Virus record (IMG/VR): IMGVR_UViG_3300017782_000001
Source of the DNA: a virus
Length of the DNA stretch: 64,000 nt
Direction: 5' to 3' (one strand)
The notes under the pieces were generated by a model that did not search any database, was not told where the DNA came from, and saw only the letters and a program-made list of their open reading frames with translations. The position numbers and the translations under genes were made by a program. Of this stretch, positions 44,367 through 54,116 are shown in pieces. How positions within the stretch are numbered: the stretch's first letter is position 1; each line of letters begins with the position of its first letter.

Positions 44367-44950
44367 GTCATAAAATCCTGTAAGTCTGAATCAGTGGCTT
44401 TCTTTTTCTTTGTTTTTTTAGCATATTCTTTAACAGTAGTATCTTGTGTTTTTACACGATCAATACGTCCTTTTAGAACATCTACAAAGTGTTGCTGAAC
44501 TAATCCTGCTTGAGCATTATCACCTTCAACAGTCATAAACTCTTCAATGCCTGATTGTGATAGATACTTGAATTTAATATCTTGTTGTTTCTTTTCTTTT
44601 GCAATTCGCCTAAGAAAAGCGTACCACGAAATTTGTGTAAAGTAAGCAAACGCGTTTGGTTTACCTGTCCGTGTTGCAGCTTCAATATTATAATTTTCAA
44701 TCGCTTTTAAGCAGTTTTCTACAGCGTCCATTACCATCTCTTCGCGATATGTATAGCGAATAAAGTTTGACTTGTGTGACAAGCCTTCAGCAATTCTTAG
44801 AAAACAGGATGCGATATAATCTGTGACAACAGGAAGAGGTTTACCAGTATCTTTGGCTTCTCTAACTGTCATGACATAAGCTACCACGGACTGGGAAAAT
44901 TCTGCGTTATTCACATAATGTGGTTTTTGTCTGGCTGCGACTTTCACCAA
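44363..44950 (-). CDS. gp55: Late-transcription sigma factor
   Basis: HYVNN, IAEGLS...NF..YTYREEM, NAFAYFTQI...AFLRRI.KEKKQ. Confidence 0.95.
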   Translation of the reverse strand: MVKVAARQKPHYVNNAEFSQSVVAYVMTVREAKDTGKPLPVVTDYIASCFLRIAEGLSHKSNFIRYTYREEMVMDAVENCLKAIENYNIEAATRTGKPNAFAYFTQISWYAFLRRIAKEKKQQDIKFKYLSQSGIEEFMTVEGDNAQAGLVQQHFVDVLKGRIDRVKTQDTTVKEYAKKTKKKKATDSDLQDFMT

Positions 44951-44991
44951 GTCCTCCTAAGGTTATCTTTCTGTTATTAAATTCTAGATAT

Positions 44992-45020
44992 ATTATACAA
45001 CAGATCGTAGGAAAAGTACA
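44992..45020 (-). promoter_or_regulatory. Promoter of gp55
   Basis: TGTACT-N17-TATAAT. Confidence 0.7.
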
Positions 45021-45053
45021 ATACTTTTTTTTTATTTTTTTGCATTTTAGGGG

Positions 45054-45082
45054 TGTACACGAGCCTAAAACTATGGTATAAT
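45054..45082 (+). promoter_or_regulatory. Plus-strand consensus promoter firing antisense into the late region
   Basis: TGTACA-N17-TATAAT with extended -10 TG, the same consensus as the minus-strand early promoters. Confidence 0.7.
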
Positions 45083-45117
45083 TAAAGAGTAGTGTTGAGG
45101 ATAGGGATATACCGAAA

Positions 45118-45603
45118 TCAGTGTATGTTATCTGATCCAGGAAATTTAATAATATTCTCAAACTTTATTTCACTATCTGAATCTTCCCAATCAGTTTCTA
45201 GTTCCATTTTTAGATCTCTCATCTTAGAGAAGTATTCTTCCATGGCTTTTCTAGTTTCATCTATAGAAAGAAGTTTATTGTCTTGTGCGTCTGAATTAAG
45301 ATCTTCTACAGCTTTGCCGTATTCCTCAATAAGAGCACGTGTAGGAGTACATTCACCTACAATATGACCAGGGTTTAGGATTTGTACATGTTGTCCGTCA
45401 CCTTGGTATAACATAAAAGGTCTAAAGGCGTAATACCTTTGTCCTGATGTTGGATTTTCTACGTTAATTAATTTAAGAGTATTTCTAACAAGAATACTTT
45501 CTTCATCACTTTCTCCAAAATCTAGTACTTCACAAACTATTTCTTCTGAATTAGAAAGCTTAAATTGCCGTAGACTAATTTCTGTTACTGATTGGTTGTT
45601 CAT
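45118..45603 (-). CDS. Conserved T4-like hypothetical protein downstream of uvsW
   Basis: QFKLSNSEEIVCEV N-terminus, NIIKFP tail; TATAAATA at 45608-45615 just upstream of the ATG. Confidence 0.7.
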   Translation of the reverse strand: MNNQSVTEISLRQFKLSNSEEIVCEVLDFGESDEESILVRNTLKLINVENPTSGQRYYAFRPFMLYQGDGQHVQILNPGHIVGECTPTRALIEEYGKAVEDLNSDAQDNKLLSIDETRKAMEEYFSKMRDLKMELETDWEDSDSEIKFENIIKFPGSDNIH

Positions 45604-45610
45604 GATTTAT

Positions 45611-47098
45611 TTATATTCCTATTTCAACTACTTTGTAGTCGAATCTTTCTTTGCTGTAGATTTTGACTCGCTCTTCGCCGTGCGAGAGGGTGTAATTCTT
45701 TTTTGATTTCCACTGGAAGTTGTCTGTAATGTCGAAAAGTGATGTATCTCGTCCGTCATCAGACTTCCGTAACCCACGTCCAATACTTTGGAGAACTTTA
45801 ATTTGAGACTTAGATGGTGAAGCAAAAATAATATTATGGAGATTTCTGATATTAATGCCAGTACTAAAAGTACCAAGACTTGCCACGATAATTGCATCTT
45901 TTTGTTTCTCCGTTATTCTACGAATTGCTTCTCTATCCGAAGTATCAGTTTCTCCTGACACAAAAAATACTTTACGACCTTCATCTGCTTTACTATTTAT
46001 TAACTCATATAAAGGCTTTCCATGCTTTTCTACATATTGAAATAACACAAGGGTATTACCGCTTTGATCACATGCAAGATTACGAATAAACTTATTTCTT
46101 TTTTCATATCCTACTATAAAATCTATTTCGTCTTGATATTTTCTACTAGATACGTCTTTTCTAATTTCGTCAGGATATGTAAGCTTAATACATGTAATGT
46201 TAAGTTTAGCAAGAGTGTCGTTATCTTGAAGATCTCTAGTAGTAGTTACATTAAAGACTCTTCCAAACAATCCTTCCAAAACAAGCTTATGAGTTTGAGT
46301 ACCGTCAAGAGTTCCTGTTGTACCAATTCTATATATGGTTTTTTCAGCTTTGTTCATGATACCAGTTAAAGATTTAGATTTGAATCCATGTACTTCATCT
46401 CCAAAAATTCCTACAAATTGATTATACCAGGTTTTTGGTAATTTGTAAACAGACTGCCACGTGCTTATAACAACTCTTTCCGATAAATTTGTTTTTGGTT
46501 TACCAGAATATATTTTATGAATTTCACTACTAGCATCAAATGAGTGATCACCTTCAGCGTACTCTACAAAATCACCTGCCATTTGTTCTACCAAAGAAGT
46601 AGTAGGTACAATAATTAATACTTTGCTGTCAGTATTTTCAAGTAAGTATCTCATTAATGTATAAATGATAAGAGACTTTCCTGATCCAGTAGGAGATAGC
46701 GCAATAACTCGTCTTACAGTAAGAGCTTTTTTTACAGCAGCGAATTGGTAATCTCTTATATCAAAAGGAAGAAATAGAGAATCTATAAATTTATTAAGTT
46801 CATCTTCAGTAACTTTTTCTATATGTGTCAACTCAGGATCACAAGTTAATTTATAACCGCGTGATGAGCAAAAATTCATAACGTAAGTTAATAGACCAAT
46901 TGGTAACTCACGTGTTTGCATATTCATAAGACGAATTTTTCCATCCCATACTTTATTTCTATAAGCAGGCATGAACTTATAACCTGGAACATAAAAGCTA
47001 AAAAACTCTACGAGTTCTCGTGCTATTCCAGAATCTGACTCAATTAGCATCGAGCTTTCATTTTGTTTTATTAAATTAACATCAGACACCGGCTTCAA
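45611..47098 (-). CDS. uvsW: SF2 helicase UvsW
   Basis: RDYQ, SPTGSGKS, DEVH, GTTGT, QSIGRGLR. Confidence 0.95.
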   Translation of the reverse strand: MKPVSDVNLIKQNESSMLIESDSGIARELVEFFSFYVPGYKFMPAYRNKVWDGKIRLMNMQTRELPIGLLTYVMNFCSSRGYKLTCDPELTHIEKVTEDELNKFIDSLFLPFDIRDYQFAAVKKALTVRRVIALSPTGSGKSLIIYTLMRYLLENTDSKVLIIVPTTSLVEQMAGDFVEYAEGDHSFDASSEIHKIYSGKPKTNLSERVVISTWQSVYKLPKTWYNQFVGIFGDEVHGFKSKSLTGIMNKAEKTIYRIGTTGTLDGTQTHKLVLEGLFGRVFNVTTTRDLQDNDTLAKLNITCIKLTYPDEIRKDVSSRKYQDEIDFIVGYEKRNKFIRNLACDQSGNTLVLFQYVEKHGKPLYELINSKADEGRKVFFVSGETDTSDREAIRRITEKQKDAIIVASLGTFSTGINIRNLHNIIFASPSKSQIKVLQSIGRGLRKSDDGRDTSLFDITDNFQWKSKKNYTLSHGEERVKIYSKERFDYKVVEIGI

Positions 47099-47525
47099 AT
47101 TGTCTCCACTTGATCATATTGCCTATTGTTTGGTGTCTCCATTTAATGTTCTCTACAATTTCATGTAAGGTTTCAATAACAGTTTTCCAATACTCTTCTA
47201 ACTGTTCACTTTCCTGTATCTCAGGATCTGAATCATAATAGTAATCCATTTCACCTTTAAGAATTTTCAAACCATTAAAAGGATCTGGCTTCCAACCTTT
47301 TTCTTTCAAAGTTTCTTCATCCATCTTTCCATTATAATATAGCCATTTTTCTTTTAATAAGATTTTCTGCTTAGACCTAACTCTTTTAAGTCTAAGTTTT
47401 GACTGCGATAACATGTCTAAATATTTAGCATGAAGCTTAGGTGTTTCTTCAGAGGCTTTGTCTAGGTAAGCGCCGATTTGACAATCTGTACGCCATTCAT
47501 CTAAAATCTTTTCAAGTTCTATCAT
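47082..47525 (-). CDS. uvsY: Recombination mediator
   Basis: PKLHAKYL, YYNGK, I.N.I.W..F.AG; synteny. Confidence 0.9.
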   Translation of the reverse strand: MIELEKILDEWRTDCQIGAYLDKASEETPKLHAKYLDMLSQSKLRLKRVRSKQKILLKEKWLYYNGKMDEETLKEKGWKPDPFNGLKILKGEMDYYYDSDPEIQESEQLEEYWKTVIETLHEIVENIKWRHQTIGNMIKWRQFEAGV

Positions 47526-47540
47526 TATATACTCACACTA

Positions 47541-48080
47541 TTAAATTAAATCAAAATAACTAAATCTGAAGTTTGCTGGAAATACTATATATTGTACATC
47601 TCCAGCTGCAGCTTCAAACGCAACGTCTCCTAATGAAGTTGGTATTGCATCTCTATATACTATTTGTTTTGTTACATTATTATGACTACTCATAATTGAA
47701 ACTGTTATATCTGCACTGGAAGGTCCAGCGCCATCAACGACTTGTGTTGGGCTAGCATCTTCTTTTTCTACAAACGATTTGAGCCAACCAAACAATTCTG
47801 TATATGCTGTCATGTCTTCATCTAAAATAACCATCATACTTACTTCGCCAAATTCTAAAGAATCTGCTGTCATAGGTATACCTGCGCTTAGACGAGGTAC
47901 CATTAATGATGGACCAACAGCATTCATTGCTGGATGCATTACACTTTGAGCAAAAAACTGTAAGTTAGGAAAATACTTCCTATTAATTGAAACTCTAAAC
48001 CCGTTTGGTTGTAGATAATTCGTGTTGCTTGTTAGCGTCGAAGTATCAACACCTGTGGTAATTGTTCTAGTAGTTGCCAT
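47541..48080 (-). CDS. gp3: Tail tube terminator / completion protein
   Basis: NYLQPNGF, FFAQSV..P, LDEDM..Y, PTSLG; late promoter at 48102-48109. Confidence 0.85.
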   Translation of the reverse strand: MATTRTITTGVDTSTLTSNTNYLQPNGFRVSINRKYFPNLQFFAQSVMHPAMNAVGPSLMVPRLSAGIPMTADSLEFGEVSMMVILDEDMTAYTELFGWLKSFVEKEDASPTQVVDGAGPSSADITVSIMSSHNNVTKQIVYRDAIPTSLGDVAFEAAAGDVQYIVFPANFRFSYFDLI

Positions 48081-48112
48081 AATTCACACCTCTGTTTACT
48101 TTATTTATACAC

Positions 48113-48141
48113 AAAAAAAGGGGCCCTCCGAAGAGGACCCC
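48113..48141 (-). terminator. Rho-independent terminator after gp23
   Basis: GGGGTCCT-CTTCGG-AGGGCCCC followed by T7; UUCG tetraloop. Confidence 0.92.
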
Positions 48142-48164
48142 AGTGCGTTTTTGACGTTTCTTAT

Positions 48165-49493
48165 CTATGCAAGAATGTTGTCAACTCTAAAGATACGGAA
48201 GTACTGGTTAGACTTCACTGTACCCAGACCGTTGTTAGCGATAGCACCCGGAGTAAATGGGTTACCTGCCATGCCGTAACGTGTCTTAAAGCCAATCTTT
48301 GGCTGGAATGTATCTTCACCAACCGCTCTCACCATTGTTAGCGGAACGTATGGACAGTAGAAGATACCTGCGTCATATGGGTTAGTACCCTTATAACCAA
48401 CAGTAACGTAGTCAGCAGTTGCATATGGGTCAATGTAGACCTTTGTGCGACCGTTAAGAACACCGGCAAATGTATTACCTGTGTCATCTACCTGCAAGTT
48501 AACTGACAATGCAGGAGTGTAATCCAGCATGCCTGAAGCAGCTAGAGCAGAAGCTACGTCTGAAGATGTGATAAGGAAGTTACCACGGCCTCTACGTGTT
48601 TCTTTAGCAATCGTGTTTGCTTCTCTTTCGATCTGTACAATCAGACCTTTGAACTTCTCAACTGACCAACGGCCGTCTGCATCTGTTGACAAGTCAAAGA
48701 TACCATTAACCGCAGTGTTGCCAGTAGCAGCACCAGTTTTTGCCTGAGAGTTAATGGTTCTGATAACCTCACGGTTAATTTCAGCCATGATCTCAGCAGA
48801 CAAGATGTTTGCTAGTTCTGTTTCAGCATCCAAGCCATGAATAGCTTTAAGATCCTGAGCAAGTTCCAGTGAGTATTCAGCTTTCAAAGCACGTGACTTA
48901 GCTGTCACAGTTTGCTTTTCAATGGTGAAACCCATCTGAGCGAAAGAGTTGCTGGCAGAATCGCCAAGTGCTTCAGCAGAGTCTGTTGCCATACCCTGTG
49001 TAGCAAGTGCAGTTGCACGATCGTCATCAGCAGATGAGTCAGAATCAGTTGCAGAACCGAGACCGGATCCGTCTGATGGCTGAGCCGCACCGGTTTGTGT
49101 ACCGGAGAAGCGAGTATCTGCTTCGTTAAACAATGCTTCTGTTGAGCCAGTTGTACCGGCACCATAGCGTGACTTCATTGCGAAGATCAAGCCAGTTGGA
49201 CCTGACATTGGCTGAACACCAGCAACATCATAGGCCATAAGGTTAGGCATCGCACGTCTTACAAGTGAGATCAACACTGGATCCCATGTGCCGATAGAAG
49301 CAGTGTTTGCACCAGCAGGTGAAGCTTCATAAAGGCCGTGTTGTTGTGCGCGCTCTTCACGGAGAGCGATTTCTTGGTTTTCCAGAATTGCTGCTGTTAC
49401 AGCTTTTCTGTGGTTATCTTTAATGGCACCAGCTGATTCTTCATTCAGTACTGGGGCCCACTTTTCGATCAAGTTATTATATGTATTCTGCAT
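48165..49493 (-). CDS. gp23: Major capsid protein
   Basis: VRRAMPNL, GVQPMSGPTGLIFAM, SRALKAEYSLELAQDLKAIHGLDAE, FQPKIGFKTRYG. Confidence 0.98.
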   Translation of the reverse strand: MQNTYNNLIEKWAPVLNEESAGAIKDNHRKAVTAAILENQEIALREERAQQHGLYEASPAGANTASIGTWDPVLISLVRRAMPNLMAYDVAGVQPMSGPTGLIFAMKSRYGAGTTGSTEALFNEADTRFSGTQTGAAQPSDGSGLGSATDSDSSADDDRATALATQGMATDSAEALGDSASNSFAQMGFTIEKQTVTAKSRALKAEYSLELAQDLKAIHGLDAETELANILSAEIMAEINREVIRTINSQAKTGAATGNTAVNGIFDLSTDADGRWSVEKFKGLIVQIEREANTIAKETRRGRGNFLITSSDVASALAASGMLDYTPALSVNLQVDDTGNTFAGVLNGRTKVYIDPYATADYVTVGYKGTNPYDAGIFYCPYVPLTMVRAVGEDTFQPKIGFKTRYGMAGNPFTPGAIANNGLGTVKSNQYFRIFRVDNILA

Positions 49494-49504
49494 CTCGGAC
49501 TCCC

Positions 49505-50551
49505 TTATATCGCAGATTTACGGATTGCTTGGAGATACTGGCCCATTGCGCTAGAAGTTTCAACAGTTTGATCTGCGTCATCTTCTTCATCAACAGTAGT
49601 TTCTGTAACAATCTTTTTATCACCAAAGTATGTTTCTTTGATAGTTGCAACCTTTGTAGTAAATGTTGCCTCATCTTCAAAGTCAATATCTTCAGCCAGT
49701 TTGTGTAGCTTCTCAACTTGAGTTTCTGCAAGACCACGAGCCGCTTCGCGGATAATAGTATTGCGCTTGTAAACTTCAAGCTCTTCAGCCAAAGTGATAG
49801 CGTCAGCAGTTGTTGAGTTAAGTCTTTCTTCCAACTCAGCAATGTTTTCTGCTTGTTCGTCAACTAGGTCAACCTTAGACTCAGGAACTTCAACGTAAGA
49901 CTCAGTGAATAGATCTTTCAAGCTATTCATAAAGTTCTCAGCAATTTCTGTTCTGAGGCCAGCTTGGATAGCAACTCTATTTTCTTCCATCCAATTCTCG
50001 ACCACGTAGTTCAGGTAGCTGTCAACCTTCTCAACCATCTCACCTTTTTGGGTTTCGATTTCTTCATTGAGTTCAGTTGTGTACTGCTCTTCGAGACGAT
50101 TAATCTCTTCAGACAGTTTTGTTTTTACAGCAGCTTCAAAAATTACAGCTGTTTTAGCCTTAAACTCATCAGAGAGAGTGGCTTCAGACTCGATCAGTGC
50201 ATCTAGTTCACCATCAAAATTGACAGCAACATCATTCATCTCTGGTTCAACAGATTCTTTCTGTTCCTTGTCTCCCATATATGATGAGTACATCTTAGAC
50301 ATTTCCTGCTTAGACATACCACTCATTTTTGAGAACATTGCATTGATCATACCAGCTTTTGTTTTTGGCATTGGCTCAGCCGGCGAAGCTTTCCCACCGG
50401 GTTCCTTAGCGGACTTACCAGCGTTTTCTGCTTTTTTGACTGCGTCTACTGCCTGCTTTTCAGCGTTTTTCGGATCGTGCGCTTCGTCCATGATTTCGTT
50501 CTCGTCATCATGGAGTTCTTCAACCTGATCTGTGATTTGATCTTCAGTCAT
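49505..50551 (-). CDS. gp22: Prohead core scaffold
   Basis: LSDEFKAK...IFEAAV, VDSYLNYVVE.W; synteny. Confidence 0.92.
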   Translation of the reverse strand: MTEDQITDQVEELHDDENEIMDEAHDPKNAEKQAVDAVKKAENAGKSAKEPGGKASPAEPMPKTKAGMINAMFSKMSGMSKQEMSKMYSSYMGDKEQKESVEPEMNDVAVNFDGELDALIESEATLSDEFKAKTAVIFEAAVKTKLSEEINRLEEQYTTELNEEIETQKGEMVEKVDSYLNYVVENWMEENRVAIQAGLRTEIAENFMNSLKDLFTESYVEVPESKVDLVDEQAENIAELEERLNSTTADAITLAEELEVYKRNTIIREAARGLAETQVEKLHKLAEDIDFEDEATFTTKVATIKETYFGDKKIVTETTVDEEDDADQTVETSSAMGQYLQAIRKSAI

Positions 50552-50562
50552 ACTTGACTCCT

Positions 50563-51225
50563 TTACAAATTATTTTTGAGCAACGAGAGGAAATTCTTGA
50601 ACTCACGAGTTTGAACCTCATATAGATCCGAACGCGGAGCTTGTTTAATTTCAGTCTCCATTTTTTCAATTTCTCTTGCTTCAACAATGCCGTTATTCCA
50701 GACCCATTCCACACCTTCCATAATTCCATTAACGAAAGCGCCAGGAGCGGATGGATCTTGTACGATGTCAACCGTATTAAGAAGGTAGTCGTCTTTAACT
50801 ACCATCGCGCCATTTTGTTGCATGAGACTACCCATACCACGAGTTGAGACACCTAGTCTTACTTCACCATCGAGCAAACCTTCAACGATTTTCCCCATAG
50901 GAGTAGGCAAGATAGTTGCCTTTCCGACCACACTATTGCCTTCAAAATGAAGGTCAGTAATGAGATGCGAAACTTTATCCAAGTTAACTGTCGGACCTTG
51001 CGGGTGATTTAACTCACCAACAGATCTTTTAGTTTTTACTTGGTCATTGACGTATTTATTAACAGCTTGTTCCATGACAGCCTTTGGATAAATACGACCA
51101 TTGCGATTCTTTGTGTCTGCTTCTGCGAATACGCCTTCAATGACATACTTTTTTGAGCCATCTTCTTTAGCTTCAACGATACATGCGATATCGTGGCTTT
51201 CTTGGTATTCGCTAATCAGTTTCAT
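50563..51225 (-). CDS. gp21: Prohead protease
   Basis: NRNGRIY, GELNHP, GVSTRGMGS, DIVQDPSAP.AFV. Confidence 0.96.
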   Translation of the reverse strand: MKLISEYQESHDIACIVEAKEDGSKKYVIEGVFAEADTKNRNGRIYPKAVMEQAVNKYVNDQVKTKRSVGELNHPQGPTVNLDKVSHLITDLHFEGNSVVGKATILPTPMGKIVEGLLDGEVRLGVSTRGMGSLMQQNGAMVVKDDYLLNTVDIVQDPSAPGAFVNGIMEGVEWVWNNGIVEAREIEKMETEIKQAPRSDLYEVQTREFKNFLSLLKNNL

Positions 51226-51437
51226 TTTGTCATCGCCTTTATGAATTCCATACCAGCTCTCTTAGCTTGATTAAGATTAGAGAACTCATCAAATTTGTCA
51301 CGATCTACATACACAACAAATTTGTTTTTTTCTTTGTGAATCATTAACTCGACTTTTTTAACTTTTTTGTCGAATACATGTTCACCGGGAGGCATGCCTT
51401 TAGACATTTTCTCCCTTAATTCAAGAAACGTCTTCAT
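51222..51437 (-). CDS. Prohead core protein (gp68-like)
   Basis: MKTFLELRE N-terminus; position between gp20 and gp21. Confidence 0.6.
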   Translation of the reverse strand: MKTFLELREKMSKGMPPGEHVFDKKVKKVELMIHKEKNKFVVYVDRDKFDEFSNLNQAKRAGMEFIKAMTK

Positions 51438-51744
51438 CAGACTCTTCGTCTTCGATTACTTCTTCTTCATCACCAGTGATTTCAACTTCTTCATCAGACT
51501 CTTCATCTTCTTCAGACTCATCGTCATCATCGTTTTCATCTTCGTCGCTAGGTTCTTCATCTGCGTCCAAAGGTAAATCAAGTTGTTCTTCATCTTCGTC
51601 TCCGTTAAATACAGTTCCGGCTACTTTGATTTTTTCTTGTTCTAAAGCATCAGCCACTTTGGCCATCATTAGCTCATTGAATGTTGCACCAGATTTTGTA
51701 AAATCTTGGTCTCTTACATCCTGAATAAAAGTTGCTATATCCAT
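51421..51744 (-). CDS. Acidic prohead core protein (gp67-like)
   Basis: Position, D/E-rich tail, late promoter at 51769-51776. Confidence 0.65.
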   Translation of the reverse strand: MDIATFIQDVRDQDFTKSGATFNELMMAKVADALEQEKIKVAGTVFNGDEDEEQLDLPLDADEEPSDEDENDDDDESEEDEESDEEVEITGDEEEVIEDEESDEDVS

Positions 51745-51781
51745 AATCTATCCTCTCTAATATGATATTATTTATATAATT

Positions 51782-52003
51782 TTAGTCTTTAAGAAACAAT
51801 CTTTCTTCTATTTTCAAAATATTCTCTTTCAATTCAATTATTCTTTTCTGAGTTGATTTGTGAAGATTTAACCAATACACATTTCCAGTTATAGCGTATT
51901 GATAATCAGCGTTGTCAACAATTTGAGTGAGAGATTTTATTTCATCTTCATAAGGCGCACGAACTGAAAAATTAAACTTCTTCTTCTTCCTCGTCGCTAT
52001 CAT
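51782..52003 (-). CDS. Hypothetical protein overlapping the portal 3' end
   Basis: Fills a 190-bp gap; nearest in-frame ATG lies inside gp20 (MIATRKKKK...). Confidence 0.4.
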   Translation of the reverse strand: MIATRKKKKFNFSVRAPYEDEIKSLTQIVDNADYQYAITGNVYWLNLHKSTQKRIIELKENILKIEERLFLKD

Positions 52004-53519
52004 CAGGTTGTTCTTGATCTTGCTCAGGCTCAGGTTCCTGTTCTTCACCAGCAGGATTTTCAGCTTCAATTTCTTTAACCATTTGAGCAATTTCGAATTC
52101 ATCAAGATTGAGTACATTTTTATAAATCCATGTTTTACTAAAGAATCCTTCTGGACCTACATAATTGGCCAAGCCATCTAATGTAGTAATTTTTTCTCGC
52201 ATAAGCTCCGCATCGCGCAACTCAGTGAAATGATTATCTCTTATAAATTCAACTTCAAGTTTATTTTTCCAAGAAGTCCAATCTTCTTCAGTAATAATTT
52301 CTTTAAGAATAAGTTGCTTTTTTAGTACATCATAGAATAAATGTGCAAACTTTTTACGGAGTCTTTCAATAAACTTATTGAATTTTAATTCTTCTCGGCT
52401 AATTTCAGTTGCACGCCCAAGAGAAAATGCTTGCTCTTGTTCTAACCTAGATGCTGGAACATTAAGAGATCTATATAATCTCTTTTGAAAGTAAATAACA
52501 TCATCAATTTGTCCTAGGTTTTCCCCGCCTGGTAAAGTCTCAATTTGAGTACCTCTACCACCTTCACGCCTTGGCAACCAGAAATCTTCTAGCATTGACA
52601 TGTGTTTACGATCGTCTTTTAATTGACCAGTGTTTGCATCATATACAAGTTTATTGCGATACCTTGCCATGATGTCTTTCATATATTGTTCTGACTTACC
52701 TCTAGGTAAGTTACCTACATCAATATAAAAAATGCGTCGTTCTGGTGCTCGAGCCAGTCTGTAAATAACTAACGAGTCTTCCATCATACGTAATTGATTA
52801 ATAGGCTTTAATGCTTTATGAAGAAATGAAAGTACCTTTTTTCTATCATCACTCATTACACCTGAAGTGGTATAAGAAATTGCATCTGGAGAAATTTTTA
52901 CGCCGTCTGTTTGTGCCTTAGGCTTTTCTTGAAAGATATAAAATTCTTCAACGTTTTGAATGATAGATGCACCAGTTTTTTCATCTTTCTTTTTCTTAAC
53001 CTGTTTTACTTTACGAATTTTACATGCATCAATAGATCTTATTTCTTGAATGCCTTCCTTAGGATTATTAGGATCTACTATAAGATGATAGTACAACCGG
53101 CCATCAATATACCAGCGCTTGAAAATGTCATGTCCATTTTCATTCATGTTTAGCATTGTAGTAATGCCATGAAATTCTTCTTTAATTTGTTTTTTGATGC
53201 TAGCTGAAACGTCTATTTCGTCAAGTATAATCTCAACAGGATTTCCAGTTTCAGAAGTAATTGATTCATTACAAATATCCTCAATAGCAGCATCAACTTC
53301 TGGGTGATTTGCAACACCTCTATATTTCATTATCAGGGATTGATTGTCGGTTGACTCATCCCCTTCCATATTAATAAATTGACCATAATGACTACCAGAC
53401 GCAGTTACGTATCCAGCACCATCGTCTTCTTGAGGAGGGACAATAGAGTCTAGTTTTTTAGCAGGCTTAGCCCGTTTAATTTCAAACCCAAAAAGATTGA
53501 GTGGTTTGTCCTCAGCCAT
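51972..53519 (-). CDS. gp20: Portal protein
   Basis: WYIDGR, YRLARAPERRIFYIDVGNLP, EDFWLPRREGGRGT. Confidence 0.98.
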   Translation of the reverse strand: MAEDKPLNLFGFEIKRAKPAKKLDSIVPPQEDDGAGYVTASGSHYGQFINMEGDESTDNQSLIMKYRGVANHPEVDAAIEDICNESITSETGNPVEIILDEIDVSASIKKQIKEEFHGITTMLNMNENGHDIFKRWYIDGRLYYHLIVDPNNPKEGIQEIRSIDACKIRKVKQVKKKKDEKTGASIIQNVEEFYIFQEKPKAQTDGVKISPDAISYTTSGVMSDDRKKVLSFLHKALKPINQLRMMEDSLVIYRLARAPERRIFYIDVGNLPRGKSEQYMKDIMARYRNKLVYDANTGQLKDDRKHMSMLEDFWLPRREGGRGTQIETLPGGENLGQIDDVIYFQKRLYRSLNVPASRLEQEQAFSLGRATEISREELKFNKFIERLRKKFAHLFYDVLKKQLILKEIITEEDWTSWKNKLEVEFIRDNHFTELRDAELMREKITTLDGLANYVGPEGFFSKTWIYKNVLNLDEFEIAQMVKEIEAENPAGEEQEPEPEQDQEQPDDSDEEEEEV

Positions 53520-53544
53520 GATTTCTCCTTACATGATAAAAATC

Positions 53545-53568
53545 GGAAGAGGGCCGAAACCCTCTTCC
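53545..53568. terminator. Hairpin after gp19 (terminator or processing site)
   Basis: GGAAGAGGG/CCCTCTTCC inverted repeat with a TTCG-containing loop on the minus strand. Confidence 0.6.
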
Positions 53569-53575
53569 ACACACT

Positions 53576-54103
53576 TTAGCTAGTGGTATTTGATGTCCAG
53601 TACTGAATCTGGAACTCCACTGTAAATTCCTCAATCTGATCATTAGCATCGTATGCCAATTCGATTGCAGAAACATTTGTTGGAAATGCACCTTTGAATT
53701 GATACTCTTTGATTGGGTCACCAGCTTTATTTAGCTGTTCTACAATCATATCTGCTTCATACTCGGCAATGGCCACAAGACCAGTGTTTTCTGTATGGGC
53801 AGCCATACCATTCATCCATCGCTCCATTGCATCTCTAATTGCAAAATCAGTATCGTTAATGATAGTTACTGTCCAAGGTTCGAACGTTCTATCACCAGCC
53901 ATCTGAAGTTGCCTACCGCGGAAAGGAACCACAATAGGCGCAATTGTTGATGCTGGAAGCTGTGCACCTTTACACATAAATGATGTAGCTTCTACATCAC
54001 CGCCAGCGTAACCGGGGAAATTTAATGTCACCTTAAAAAGGTTAGGGCGAGCACCACCTCCGCGGATTTTTGACTTAAAGTCGTCAACTCCTAAAATTGC
54101 CAT
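53576..54103 (-). CDS. gp19: Tail tube protein
   Basis: GGARPNLF, PFRGR..AGDRTF, IEEFTV. Confidence 0.95.
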   Translation of the reverse strand: MAILGVDDFKSKIRGGGARPNLFKVTLNFPGYAGGDVEATSFMCKGAQLPASTIAPIVVPFRGRQLQMAGDRTFEPWTVTIINDTDFAIRDAMERWMNGMAAHTENTGLVAIAEYEADMIVEQLNKAGDPIKEYQFKGAFPTNVSAIELAYDANDQIEEFTVEFQIQYWTSNTTS

Positions 54104-54116
54104 TTGTTCTCTCCCT

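Noticed and set aside
51782-51990. Programmed +1 frameshift extending the portal protein
   Set aside because: An in-frame ATG at 52003 explains the downstream ORF; no clear slippery site or stimulator
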